Of a DNA stretch of 64,000 nucleotides, positions 29,516 to 46,675 are shown in pieces. The position numbers were made by a program, and so were the translations under genes. The notes beneath the pieces were generated by a model. The model had not been told where the DNA came from and searched no databases. It saw only the letters and a program-made list of their open reading frames with translations. The DNA is from the human T2T-CHM13v2.0 reference genome, Homo sapiens, in assembly GCF_009914755.1 (NCBI RefSeq), contig NC_060940.1; one strand, written 5' to 3'. Each line of letters starts with the position of its first letter. Within the stretch, counting starts at the first letter, position 1.

Positions 29516-29958
29516 TTTACCATCTTGGCCTCATGAAAAATTGACAACCCATTCATGGTAGCTGAAGAATGATAGAAGCTTCAAGGTGTTCAAGAGAAGT
29601 GTTACAGGAAGTCAGCACTTATTTGAAGCTCCTCCATTGATGAGATCAGAAATCTGGAAACAACACTGGAAAAAAACAGGGCCTTAGAGGGAAAACCAGG
29701 CAGCTCTCTGAAGAATTTTAAAAACAGGAACAAGGATTTCTCCATTTGCAGGGCTCTCTGGAAGCGGGCCCTTTCGGATGAAGGCGGCAGGCTATAGTTA
29801 GAAAGAGATCCATGGTGAAGAGCATTCTGTTACTATAAATTCACTTCCAAAAGCCAAACATATGTGTGTGCACACACACATAAATATCATATCTATGGAG
29901 GAGATAAATCAGCGTATGACATTTAGCCCTTCCTAAATTTGGAAAAATATAAAATTAC

Positions 29959-29961
<3 letters not shown>

Positions 29962-29993
<32 letters not shown>
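29962..29993. repeat. T32 homopolymer with no adjacent Alu or L1 body
   Basis: Direct reading. Confidence 0.95.
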
Positions 29994-29996
<3 letters not shown>

Positions 29997-30147
29997 AGCG
30001 TGAGAATAAGAAGGAAGGCATCTCACTCTAATAAGATCGATCTGGGAGAGCGTTATCTACATTCCTGAGTGCAGCTCATTCAGTCATTCACTCATTCAGT
30101 CTCCAAATAGTTGCCGGTGTCCACATGCCAATAAGAAACAAGACTAA

Positions 30148-30465
30148 GGCCTAGTGCGGTGGCTCATGCCTGTGGTCCCAGCACTTTGGGAGAGCGAGGT
30201 GGGAGGATCACGGGGTCAGGAGTTCGAGACTAGCCCGACCAACATGCAGAAATCCCATCTCTACTAAAAATTAAAAAAAAAAAAAAAAAAATTAGCCGCG
30301 CATGGTGGTGCATGCCTGTAATCCCAGCTACTCAGGAGGCTGAGGCAGGATAATCACTTGGACCCAGGAGGCGGAGGTTGCAGTGAACTGAGCCGAGATC
30401 TCACCACTGCACTCCAGCCTGGGTGACAGAATGAGACTCTGTCTCAAAAAGAAAAAAAAAAAAAA
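30148..30465 (+). mobile_element. AluS-like
   Basis: Dimeric Alu; TSD aagaaacaagact. Confidence 0.93.
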
Positions 30466-30519
30466 GAAACAAGACTGATATCATTCCAGTCTTCACGAAG
30501 CTGGCTGGCTAATGCCTAC

Positions 30520-30660
30520 CTTTCAGAGTATGGTCCCGGACTAGCAGCACTGGCCTCTTCTTGGCACGTGTCAAAATGCAGATTTGTGGGTCCCACCTTA
30601 GACCAACTGAATCATAATCTCACCCAGGGGTTCACATTCAGGTTTCAGAAGCACTGACCT
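30520..30660. mobile_element. MER5A1-like relic
   Basis: tatggtcccggactagcagc...aatgcagatttgtgggtcccaccttagaccaactgaatca. Confidence 0.7.
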
Positions 30661-32254
30661 AGTACAATCTAATTTCTAAAGGTTTGCCACGAAGAAGGGC
30701 GGTCTGGAATTTCAATTTCACCCATGACCTACAGACAGAATCATTAAATAGAAAGATTAATAAAGTTAGCTATTTACAACCCAAACATCCCCACCTCACC
30801 AATGGAGATTATCAATCCAAGACATTGCTGATCTGTCTGATTGCAAAAGACTGTGGAAACCAGCAACTAACTCCACAATAGCGCTAAGGGAATCTGGGAG
30901 GTATTATACAACCATTTCATGATTCATCAGTATCCAGGGACCCTCCCAGGAAGGAAGAGATGGGTTCAAGTTGCAGGGTGAGGGTTTGGAGGAAAAGTTT
31001 GCTCGTCTTGGTACAGAAACTGAAAAGTCTCAGATTCCAACTCCAACACTCAAGCCCACTAATGGATGGATTGGCTCCAAGATCGGCAGGGTAACAGATG
31101 GAAGTAGAAGAAAAAAATATCATTTTCCCCAAACTTGCTGAGTCTGATGAAGATGTCGGAAGATTTGGATGCAGCCAGCATGATTAATCTTACCAACTTT
31201 ACCTTGAGTTTCACTTTTGGCGGGGGAATGGCATCAGCTTAAAAGTTAATTACCAGCAAGAAACAAATCATGCAGCTGATGTGCACATTATAAACAAATT
31301 AAGTTCTTAAAATAGGCAACACACCACTTGGAACAATGGTTTACAAGCCCAAGGGTGCATGAAAATAATTGCGGAAGGTGAGGAAACTAATAGCTAAAAT
31401 ATGTGAATTAAATGAGGGCAAATTGCAGATAATTAATGAAAAAGCAAAGGGAAACATGGTCAACCTCTCGTTTTGTAAACAGCAAGCCAAGCAGAACGAT
31501 CCAGCATGCAGCCCCCTGTGGAATGAGGAGGGAGGCCCCTGATGGAGACAGGGCTCCCCAGAGATATAGAAGCAGCTGGAGTGTAAAGAATCAGGGCAAG
31601 AGGAGGGGGTGCCCAGCTGGGGAGGCTCAGATCAAAGCTGACAGCAGCAGAGCTCCACCACAAGAGGGTAAATTCAGAGGTGTGTGGGAGGCGAAGTTTC
31701 TTTCCATTGTAGAAAGTTGGAAATTAAGTCCAAAGTCTTCCATTGTATTTCCATTGCAGAAAATTAGAAATTCAGTCCAAAGTCTTCATTGTACAATTGA
31801 AGAGACCAAGCACAGAGAGGGAGGTAACTCTCCCAAAGTCACACAGTAAGTGTCAGAGCCAGCAGTTGAACTTTGGCGTCCTGACTGCAGGTCACACTTC
31901 CTTCCCATTCATCAGAGGTTCCAAACTCCTATGCCTACAGGGTCAGGCAGGGAGCAGAAATGCAAGAAGCTGGCTTGATGTGAAGACTATGAGCCACTAG
32001 GGTCCAACAGAAATCCAATGTGAACCTCATAAGAATTTTCTAATAGAAGGAGAAAAATACCTCCCAGATTCCCTTATCCCTAATAGCCACCTCAATTTGG
32101 ACTAGCCACATTTCAAGACTCAATAGCCCCATATGGCTAGTGGTTACCTTATTGAACAGTACAGCTATACGCAGTGATGGGGAATGTTGAAAACCGGAGA
32201 AAGGGTGACCCATCTAAAATGGGATGGCAGCCACAATCCCAGCCAGGAGGGAAG

Positions 32255-32415
32255 GTGAAACCAGATGTTCAGTTTTCAAGAGAAGCCAGAAATCCAGATA
32301 GTCGTATGAAATCATTCAATGGTGAAACATCTGTGAAATGAAAAAATATTACTGTGCTACCAAGAACACATCTGATAACTGGAATTGGCATGTGGGCCCA
32401 CGGTTTGCAGTCTCT
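32255..32415. mobile_element. MER103-like hAT relic
   Basis: ttttcaagagaagccagaaatccagat...cacatctg...cggtttgcagtctct. Confidence 0.65.
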
Positions 32416-33019
32416 CTCTCAAAGAAGCAAAGAGCAACTGCATTAAATAATCATCTTAAGCATCCTTAGGAACCTAGTCAATATCAACCACTTTTAGGGA
32501 CAAATTCAAGTCCCAATTCTTACTCCTCCACTAGATGAAACTTAATGAGTTCATTCCCCTGAGCCCCAGTTTTCTCATCTCCAAAAACATGAACATGTTT
32601 TAAGGGCCCCATGGGAAAATTAAATGTAAAAGCAACTTGTCAATGTCAAAACACTGCACAAACATCATGATTGCTACTGGGACATGCTCAGAGAATAGGA
32701 CATGGCTAACCATCACAATGACCTCTGGGACCCCACCAGGGTCTTGTCCCAGGGGTATTGTCCCAGAAACAGTAAGCTATCATCCCTGGGAATCCAAGCC
32801 CTGCTTGTCTGCATCCTGATCCTGAAGCTTAGAAGAGCTTTCTACAGGAAGAGTTTTCTGACTTTCTAGTCTCTTCACACTCACTGTAATCCATAATAGG
32901 CCGTATGTAGCCTTGGACACTAAATTCACCGATTCATTCAACAAACACCATTGAGCACACACCTTGCATCAGTCGTTCTGGGAACTGGGGATATTTACTG
33001 GAGAGGATAAGGTGGGCTC

Positions 33020-33420
33020 TGCACTATTCTGGCGAGTTCTTTGTGCCCAACTCTGTACACCTGCTGCCTTTCTCTGAAGACTGACTTTGGGCTATGGAAG
33101 CTCCGCCACTCATATCTGGGAATTTACATCACTGCCAGGGTAGTCTTTAACCACTGACTCATAGAGGCGGGATGGAAAGCCCAGCTTCTCCTGGACTCAA
33201 GGTGGCACAAACTCTAAGGTGTCAGGTACCCACCCCCCTCCCAGAGCATCCTGCAGAATCAGGCTGAGGCTGAACTTGATCTGAAATCTCACCCTTGCTT
33301 GGCTACTGCCCATTCTGATCTTTTTGTCAGTTTCTCTTGGAAGCACTTTCCTAATAAATCACTTGCCGATGAACCGTCATCTCAGGGCCTGATTCTGGAA
33401 AAACTTGACCTGGGGCACAG
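33020..33420 (+). mobile_element. LTR16-family-like LTR
   Basis: gcactttcctaataaatcacttg...catctcaggg...ctggaaaaacttgacct. Confidence 0.6.
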
Positions 33421-33929
33421 ACATTGTTATTATCCATACACAGCCCTGCCCTCGGGGAGCTCTCCAGCTATCTGGAGAGGCTGATGTGCCACAAATCAGA
33501 TAATGCTTCATTTGCCAGATAAACAAATACAGTCCTTTTGGGGAAAGTGCTGTATTTGTTTGGAAGGATGTTTTAACAAGTTCAGTGAGGACAAAATTGA
33601 TTCCCTAAGGGCATGAATGCTGCTGGTGCCAAGACTTCAAGGAAAAAGGAGGAAACTGCTCTGTGTGTGAAAATGAGAGGGCTTTGTTTGTTCCCCAGAG
33701 CAGAACAGGAAGGGGAGTGCCAGGACCTGGAGGGGAGGCCACGACATGTGTGGTGTGATGTGAAACCTCTCATCTTCAGTGAGGTGGTGAACAGCATGCA
33801 GGCACAGGGGCTGGAGATGGAAGACACGGTTAGGAACTGTCCTCTTGAGAAATCTTAAGGAGGGATTTGGACTATGTCAAGCCATAGAGAATCAGGGGCA
33901 TTTGAGGCCAGTTTGCAAGCTGCCACCCA

Positions 33930-35220
<1,291 letters not shown>

Positions 35221-35399
35221 ATGAGCCCCTGAGAGACAAGGGATCTCCAACAGGTATTTGGATGACACAAACAAGTGATGTTGACATAAGTATGCATCAG
35301 GCAAGGGTGTACCAAAGGCTGTGAGAGCCCAGAGGTGGCAGAGAAGGTTCCACAGAAGAGAGGATATTTGAGCTGAGCCTTGACAGGGTGGCCTTCCTC

Positions 35400-35477
35400 T
35401 TGTTTAGGGTGCCTTTACTGTTTCTCAACAGCTCTAGGCTCCTTATGACTCTGGATGCTCTGATTTTGTAGATGATG

Positions 35478-35519
<42 letters not shown>

Positions 35520-35820
35520 AACACTTCATTCTTCACCTGGCTCATTTCTGCCCACACTTCAGTTTTCAGCTTAAATGCCACTTACTCAGGTCAAGCATTC
35601 CCAGACCCACTGTCATTCAAATAATATTCTCCTTGCTGATCTCTCTGTAAGCATCCTATGTTAGTCATTCTTAGCACCCACTCTTTGGGTTTCCCCCACT
35701 AGCCTGTAAGCTCCATGAGGGCAGGGACTATGTCTGTCCTCTTCACCACTGTATCCTCTGCGCCTAGTGTGGGTGCCTAACACTCAGTAGGGGCTCAGTA
35801 AATATTTGTTGGTGAATAAA
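35400..35820 (+). mobile_element. L2 3' segment containing (CT)n at 35482-35515
   Basis: ccactagcctgtaagctccatgagggcagggactatgtctg...ctcagtaaatatttgttggtgaataaa. Confidence 0.8.
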
Positions 35821-35867
35821 TCTGTGGACAGATTTATTCATGGAAGAAACAGAAGACAGAGGAGAAG

Positions 35868-36023
35868 GGCATGCCTCAGCCTCCTCAGTAGCTAGGATTA
35901 CAGGCATGCGCCACCACACCCAGCTAATTTTCATATTTTTAGTAGAGACAGGGTTTCGCCATGTTGGCCAGGCTGGTCTCAAACTCCTGACCTCAAGTGA
36001 TCCACCTGCCTCCGCCTTCCAAA
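35868..36023 (-). mobile_element. Internal Alu fragment lacking both ends
   Basis: catgcctcagcctcctcagtagct...tgatccacctgcctccgccttccaaa. Confidence 0.88.
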
Positions 36024-36024
36024 C

Positions 36025-36572
<548 letters not shown>

Positions 36573-36937
36573 GCAGAGTTCAAGGCAGAAAATACTGGTG
36601 CCCTTGGAAAGTCACAAATTGTTTGGTATGCTAAGAGAACAATGTGCATGGACAGAAAAGGCATGAGATGAGTAGGAGAGGCAAGGAGATGGGACACTTG
36701 GATGCAGCTTTCCATTATCCCTGTTTTCCCTGCCAACTTGACAGGTCCCCACAACTCTCCTCTGCACCTGCATTCCTTGAGTGATGAAGGAAGGAGTAGG
36801 TTTGCTTTTTCCAGGGTTTCCTGAGATAAGAGAAGAATAATCTCTGTAGCTGCCCAAGGGAAGAAACCTCCCACATGCCAAGAAGGCAAAAGATAAAGAA
36901 AGAGTGAACAATTGTTTCCTATGATGAGTTGAGGACT

Positions 36938-37256
<319 letters not shown>

Positions 37257-37463
37257 TCAGGACCACTGTGGGTCTGGACCAGCAGACCAGGAAGCATGCT
37301 CACCCCAAAAGAGATCCAAAAAGAAAACCAAATGAGTTAGGTGAAGCTGTCTTGCTTGAGACTACCTAGTTTGTTCCCATGATAATGGCTTTCTGGAGAA
37401 GGATGATTGGATGAAGGATGCTTAAAATTCAGGAGACTCTGGGCAGGAAGACCCTGGGAGAGG

Positions 37464-37825
37464 TTTATTAGTCAGCTCGGGCTGCCCTGACAAAATACCA
37501 TAGCCTGGGCAGCTTAAACAACATAAACCTGTTTTCTTGCAGTTCTGGAGGCTGGAAGTCCAAGATCAAGGTGCAGCATGGTTGGTTTCCAGTGAGGGCC
37601 TGCTTCCTGGTTTATAGATAACCACCTTCTCACTGGGACCTCACATGGCAGAGAGGGAGTAAGCTTTCACATGTCTGTTCTTACAAGGGCACTAATCTCA
37701 TCATAGGGGCCCCACCCTCATGACCTCATCCAACCCTAATTAACTCCCAAAGGCCCTATCTCCCATCACACTGTGAGTTAGAGCATCAAGATATGAATTA
37801 GCAGGGTACACATTCAGTCCATACA
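37464..37825 (-). mobile_element. MLT1A-like LTR copy B (complete)
   Basis: tttattagtcagctcgggctgcc...aaaataccatag...cacattcagtccataca; flanks agagg/ggagg. Confidence 0.9.
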
Positions 37826-38399
37826 GGAGGCATTTGTGATCATTCCAGTGGGAGAAGATTTGAGTCCCAAAGATACATACCACGGTAATCACCAGCACTG
37901 CTTACCAATATTTTCAGTTTTCTAGGCTCATGATGGGATACCATTCCCTGGGCCCTGTGCAGTCAAGTGGGGCCATGTGACTAGTTCTGTTCAGTGAGCT
38001 GTGAGCAGAGTGATCCATGTCACTCCTGCCTGCAGCATCTATGTGGCAGTGCAAGACCCTCCAGAGCTCTGCATAGCATGGTCTTTCTCCAGGAGGCACT
38101 GATGTTTCTGCTCAACTCCCTTTTCCCTCCTTTCTCTCCTTTCCCCTCAATCTAGGGAAAAGCCTCACTCTTCTCAAACTGTAATTCTAATTCTAAACAT
38201 TATGGAATTCCGAATCTTTTTAATTCTTCTAAGGACTTAGACTTTGGGACACTAAAGACATGCACTTGCAGACTTTATTCTGTTTTTTGTTTTTTTTTGT
38301 ATAGTCCCATCTCCTCCCTCATGCAATGAGCCCAGCCAAATGCTTAGATTGGGACTAAAGGGAGCATGGAGAAAAAAAAGGAAAATAAGGAGAAAGTAC

Positions 38400-39430
<1,031 letters not shown>

Positions 39431-40036
39431 ACCCATCCTTTAGGTAGCTGAGTTTTTTTTATTTTTTTGTTCAGGGATTATATTTGTTATCTGAGGGAAG
39501 GTCACCCCAATAGGCACCTACTTGGCCATTATCAGAAGCAAAATTCCACACTTCTCTTTAAAAGGGTGTTTAGCTCTTAGGAAAAGTCAAACCTGTGTCA
39601 TAGTACAGAACAAGACTTTACAGACAAACGTCTCTCCATTCATAGTAGCCTACATCATTGTTTTTCACAGCCCCATGAAAATTCCATCTGGGATATGCAA
39701 GAGTCAAAAAACCCGTTCGGAAATGACTGGGTTTGCTAGATAATTTGCCAGTTTAAATCATAGCTTTGCTCCCATTTTACTGATAACGAACCCTGTGCTC
39801 AGAGAAAATATGGGGATTGGTAAAGTCTCAAGGTTACAAAGGAATGGATCTAGAGTTTGCTCTGAGGTGACTGGGATGTTTAACAGAGGCAGGAACTGTC
39901 CATAGAGATCTCCCGGGCCATACTCCTTAACTTTAAAAATCAGATTGTGTCTACCTTCTCTAAACAGCACTACTCAAGCTTTAGCCAGAAATCACACAGC
40001 TAGAAGTGACTGGGCAGGTCAAGAACATTGGGGTTG

Positions 40037-40353
<317 letters not shown>

Positions 40354-40499
40354 TCATTTCAGGGTCACCCCTCAATGTCACATTTAAAGGAGTTCACATG
40401 GTTCCAAGTTGATGGTCCTGTGTAAACCACAAACTTAGAGACCCCAGTCCCAATCTATCCACTTTAAAGTGTCCCCAATGTGCCTTTTAAAATTATAAA

Positions 40500-41100
40500 T
40501 ACCAGACTCTTTCTTACTCTGCTGGCAGGGTGATAAATTGCCTTGGTTTTTTTTTGGCAATACCTTATTAAAATTGTTTGAACCCTTTCACCAAGGAATT
40601 TCACTTCTAGGAACACAGCTTAAGGGAACAATCACAGAAGCACACTGAGATTCATGTACAAAGATGAACATTGTAGCATCATTTGTAATGGTGAAAAATT
40701 GCAAAGAATTTAAATGTCCAAAAGTAGGAAATGCTTAAATAAAATATGATACAGCCATACCATAGAATATTAATATGAAGCTGCTAAGAATCACGTTCCT
40801 GGAGAAATTTAAGGACGTAGGGAAATGCTGATGTCTGTAATGTTGAGCTAAGTAAAATAATGCAGAATGCAGCTTTCTATAAAATATGATCCCATTTATA
40901 GATGTGTGAATGTTTGTATATGCATGTACAGGTATGTATCTATCTTGGTTTATATCAGAAAAAATATGCAGCAAAATGTTAACAGTGATTATGTCTGGGG
41001 GTCGATATTATACATAATTTTTAAATTTTCTTGTTTTTCCATATCACTTTCTAAAATGAGTATGTAATGGCCTTAAAAGCCCAAAAAGAAATATTTAACC
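40500..41100 (+). mobile_element. L1ME-like 3' fragment
   Basis: aatttcacttctaggaa...tgtacaaagatg...atttgtaatggtgaaaaattg...aaaatgttaacagtgatt. Confidence 0.75.
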
Positions 41101-41224
41101 TGTAAATGTCATCAAGAGAAACCAGAGTGTGAAAGGGCAGACACAAGGTAATACAAACCATTACATACCGCAGTTTCAATTCTCCAGGAGAACGATGACA
41201 TTTCAAATCAAATTAACAGCCATG

Positions 41225-41680
41225 TACCAGTTAACCTCTGCTACATAACAACTACAAAATCTCAGTTGATGAAAGAAAAAGCTCATGTGTCTGTAATTGA
41301 CTGGAGCTGGCTAATCTAGGCTGAGCTCTCACTGGCATATCTCTGGCTAGGCTGGGACTAGGTGAGTTGGGCTGGGTGGTGTAGTGTCTTGTTCCACTTG
41401 CTTCCCATCCTCTTCTGGGACCAGTGGGCAGGTGCCCATCCAAGTTCTTCTCATGGTGATGAGAGAGGCACAAGACAGCAAGCCCCATCATGCAAGTGCT
41501 TTTCAAGCTTTTGGTGGCATCAAACCTGCTGCCGTCCCATAGGCAAAAGTGAATCTCATGATCAAACCCAAAATTAAGGGGCAATCCTGCCTCTCCAATG
41601 GCAGAAGCTGCAAGGGGACAAGTCAAAGATCATGGATACAGAGAAGAATGAAAAACTGAGCCATGCACTCAATTTGCCAG
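41225..41680 (-). mobile_element. MLT1G/H-like LTR
   Basis: tgtaccagttaacctctgctacataacaactacaaaatctcag...ttcttctcatggtgatg...cccataggcaaaag. Confidence 0.65.
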
Positions 41681-41741
41681 AGGTCACTATCCTAGTGGAA
41701 AGACGCTTGCATGTAGTGAGTTGGAAATCATGACTTCATAG

Positions 41742-42104
<363 letters not shown>

Positions 42105-42392
42105 CCAAGACTTTTTGTTCCATGGATATCAAGCCAACTTTCTCACTGACTGGTCATTTGAGTTGTTTATTGTTTGGTTTGTTGGTTGGTTGGTTTTGTC
42201 TTTTTCACATCATTCAAACCATTAATTATCTCTGAGATGCCTGCTAATTTGTTCTGTTTCATGTTTCACTGTAGCAGAGTCTCAAAGACACATAGAAAAA
42301 TAACAGTGTTCTGGAAGGCAAGCGATTTGCCCAAGGAGCATATAGGTCAATGCCACAGTGCGCAGCCACACTGACAGGGCACTGCAAGACTC

Positions 42393-42608
42393 CAGGGCTG
42401 TGCTGTCCAAATGGTAGCCACTAGGCACAGGCAGCTATTTATCTTTAAACTTTAATTAGTTAAAAATAAATGAAATTTTAAAATTCTGTTCCTCAGTCAC
42501 ACTAGCTACATTTCAAGTACTTAATTCCCACGTGTGGCCAGTGGCTATTGTAACGAACAGCACAAACAGAACAGGTCTGTCTTTGCAAAAAGGGGTAGTG
42601 GACAGCAT
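42393..42608. mobile_element. MER3-like hAT relic
   Basis: gctgtccaaatggtagccactag...cctcagtcacactagctacatttcaagtac...ggacagc. Confidence 0.8.
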
Positions 42609-43044
42609 GGGTCCACAGAGTGCCACTGACCCAAACTGGATGGTGCTCCCTGGAGCTGTGCAATCCAGCAATCCTGACACAGCGAGCCAGATCACTCATG
42701 CCCAGGTCTCCTGGAGCTCACGACAACTCTATCTGTGCTGAGTTTTTTGGTCAACAATTCTAAGGGCATTTGCTTTTTTCGCTCTTTCAACTTAATAAAC
42801 GCATACCTGCTATTCGTCTACTTTAACCAGGTCCTGCCAACGCAATCCATCCTGGATATTTTTTCGCAAAGCAATGGGTTTCTTTGATGTTCTAGTTCCT
42901 ATGCTTTGTAGCCTTTGTGATCCGGTCTTGAAGCACCTCTTGGTTTTCATCTCCCAATGCTTGCCTCACACTCTTGGCTGCAGTCATTTGTGGATCACCA
43001 CACGTATATTGTGGTGCTCTATGGCTCTGGACTTTGGGAGGTTT

Positions 43045-43200
43045 GTTTTTTTAATTGATGAGTTATTGCTCTGTCGCCCAGGCTAGAGTGCAGTGGCATG
43101 AACACAGCTCACTGCGCCTCGAACCCTTGGGCTCAAGTGATCCTCCAACCTCAGCCTTCCTAGTAGCTGGGATTATGGGCGTGCACCACCGTAGCCAGCC
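43045..43200 (-). mobile_element. Alu monomer (FRAM/AluJ right arm)
   Basis: ttgctctgtcgcccaggctagagtgcagtggc...gggctcaagtgatcctcc. Confidence 0.85.
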
Positions 43201-43610
43201 AACTTTGGGACCTTTGGATATCTGGTCCCTGCAGCCAGAATGCTACTGTCCCACCTGTCACCTGCACTTTTAAAGCTGAGTTCCCAGCCTGCCCTCTGAA
43301 AGATGCTTTCCCTGACGACACTGACGCAGATGCTTCTCCTCCACTCTCGGGCCCCACAGTTCACCTGGCTTACGTTTATCCTCACCCCTCTGCTACCATC
43401 CTCTGGCTTCTCTTCCAGGCTATGGGCTCCCTAAGAGCAGAACATCTTGTCCAATTCAGATCATTAAAGTGGCCCCGGAGCCAGACCCACCCGGGTGTGA
43501 ACTTCTGTTCCTCCACTTGCTGTCTGTGTACTCATAGACAAAGTGCTTTACCTTTTCTGTACCTCATTTTTCTCATTTGTAAAACGGGGATAATATTATG
43601 TAGGCGTTTT

Positions 43611-43908
43611 GGCCAGGTGCAGTGGCTGACGCCTGTAATCCCAGCACTTTCGGAGGCCGAGGAGAGAGGATCACTTAAGGCCAGGAGTTTGAGACCAGCC
43701 TGGGCAACATAGTGAGACCCTGTCTCTACAAAATACTTTAAAATTGCCAGGCATGGTGATGTGCACTTTTAGTCCCAGCTACTCAGGAGGCTCATGTGAG
43801 AGGATTGCTTGTGGCCCAGGAATTTAAGGTTGCAGTGAACTGCGCTCACATCACTGCACTCTAGCCTGGATGACAGAGTGAGACCCTGTCTCTAAAGAGA
43901 AAAAGAAA
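43611..43908 (+). mobile_element. AluJ-like within a MIR
   Basis: Dimeric Alu following MIR core cctcatttttctcatttgtaaaacgggg. Confidence 0.9.
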
Positions 43909-43926
43909 ATCGGGATGTTTTGTGAC

Positions 43927-44674
<748 letters not shown>

Positions 44675-44749
44675 GAGGCTGAACCGAGATGACACAGCTA
44701 GAAACTTAGAACAGAGCCCGGCACCCTTTAAAGGCCTGCTAAGTGTTAG

Positions 44750-45155
<406 letters not shown>

Positions 45156-45484
45156 TAGTTTTTAAAAAGACCTCATGACTTGTCATGGTGCTGCAGAAGC
45201 CCCAGGCACTTTTAAGTGGTCCCTGCTAAAGGAACTGGGAACAAAACTGCTTATTATCACCAAGGAGGAAGTATAGGTCTGTGTCTGGGATGGTTTTCCC
45301 TTCAGACAATCGTAGCCAGGGAACGACTCCAGATTCCCTTAAGAGGCTGCCCTCCTAGCTTTGAGCATGGTTAAAGACTTCCGCAAAGTACTTCCATCAT
45401 CAGACCAGTTTTGAGGCAGCTTAAGGTCCTGTCAGAATAATAATCCTAAAATGCCTAACCTGGATTGGGTACTTACTATGTGTC

Positions 45485-45700
45485 ATTGATTCTCAAAGGG
45501 AGGCAATCCCCCCACACATACGCCCTGTGGACGTTTATCACATTTTTGTGTATCACACTGGGGGGAAGGGGGCAGGCTGCTACTGTCATCTAGCAGCCAG
45601 AGGCCAGATTGCTGCTAAACATCCCACACTGGCCAGGACAGCCCCCACGATAAGGCATTATGTCACCCAAAATGTCAATGTCAAGGCTGAGAAACTCTGT
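45485..45700 (-). mobile_element. MER20-like hAT relic inside a MIR
   Basis: tgctactgtcatctagcagccagaggccagattgctgctaaacatcc...caggacagccccc...caaaatgtcaatgtcaaggctgagaaact. Confidence 0.75.
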
Positions 45701-45861
45701 TGCATTCCAAGGCATTGAGCATTGTGTTATCTCATTTAATCTCCATACTGATGTTATGAGTGAGGCACTATTATTACCACCATTGCCCTGTTTTCCAAAA
45801 GAGGATGCTAAAGCTCAGGTATGCAAACTGCCCAAGGTCATACAGCAAGAAAGTACCAGAC

Positions 45862-46142
45862 AGGCCAGGTGCAGTGGCTCATGACTGTAATCACAGCATC
45901 TTGGGAAGCTGAGGAGGGAAGAACGCTTGAGGTCAGGAGTTTGAGACCAGCCTGAGCAACATGATGAAACCCTATTTTTACAAAAGATACAAAAATTAGC
46001 TGAGTATGGTGGTATACACCAGTAGTTCCGCTACCCAGTAGGCTGAGGTGGGAGGATCACTTGAGCCAGGGAGGTGGAGGCTGCAGTGAGCCATGATGAC
46101 TCAGCACAACAGAGCGAGACCCTGTCTCCAAAAAAAAAAAAA
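45862..46142 (+). mobile_element. AluJ-like
   Basis: Dimeric Alu with a 3' internal deletion. Confidence 0.9.
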
Positions 46143-46309
46143 GAAGAGTGGCAGAGACTTGATTCACACACAGGTGGCGTGCTCTCAATGGCTACCATCT
46201 ATTGGGACCAACACACCCTTTAAAGCCACGTGGTGTAGCAGTGAGAACCCTGGTTCTGTCATCAATAGACCTGGGGTTGGAACCCTCGCTTGGTTTCTCA
46301 GTGGCCATG

Positions 46310-46675
46310 GATATTAGTCTGTTTTTATACTGCTAATAAAGACATACTGAGACTGGGTAATTTATAAAGGAAAGGGGTTTTGATGGACTCACACTTCCAT
46401 GTGGCTGGGGAGGCCTCACAATCATGGCAGAAGAGGAGGGAAGAACAAAGGGACCTCTTCCACGGCAGCGGGCAAGAGAGAGTGTGCCGGGGAACTCCCA
46501 TTTATAAAACCGTCAGTTTTATAAACCTCTCATGAGACTTATTCAATACCATGAGAACGGTATGGGGGAAACTGCCCTCATAATTCAATTATCTCCACCT
46601 GGCCTCGCCCTTGACACGTGGGGATTATTACAATTCAGGGTGAGATTTGGGTAGGGACCCAGCCAAACCATAGCA
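46310..46675 (-). mobile_element. THE1B/C-like solo LTR inside a MIR
   Basis: tattagtctgtttttatactgctaataaagacatac...gagatttgggtagggacccagccaaaccatagca. Confidence 0.9.
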
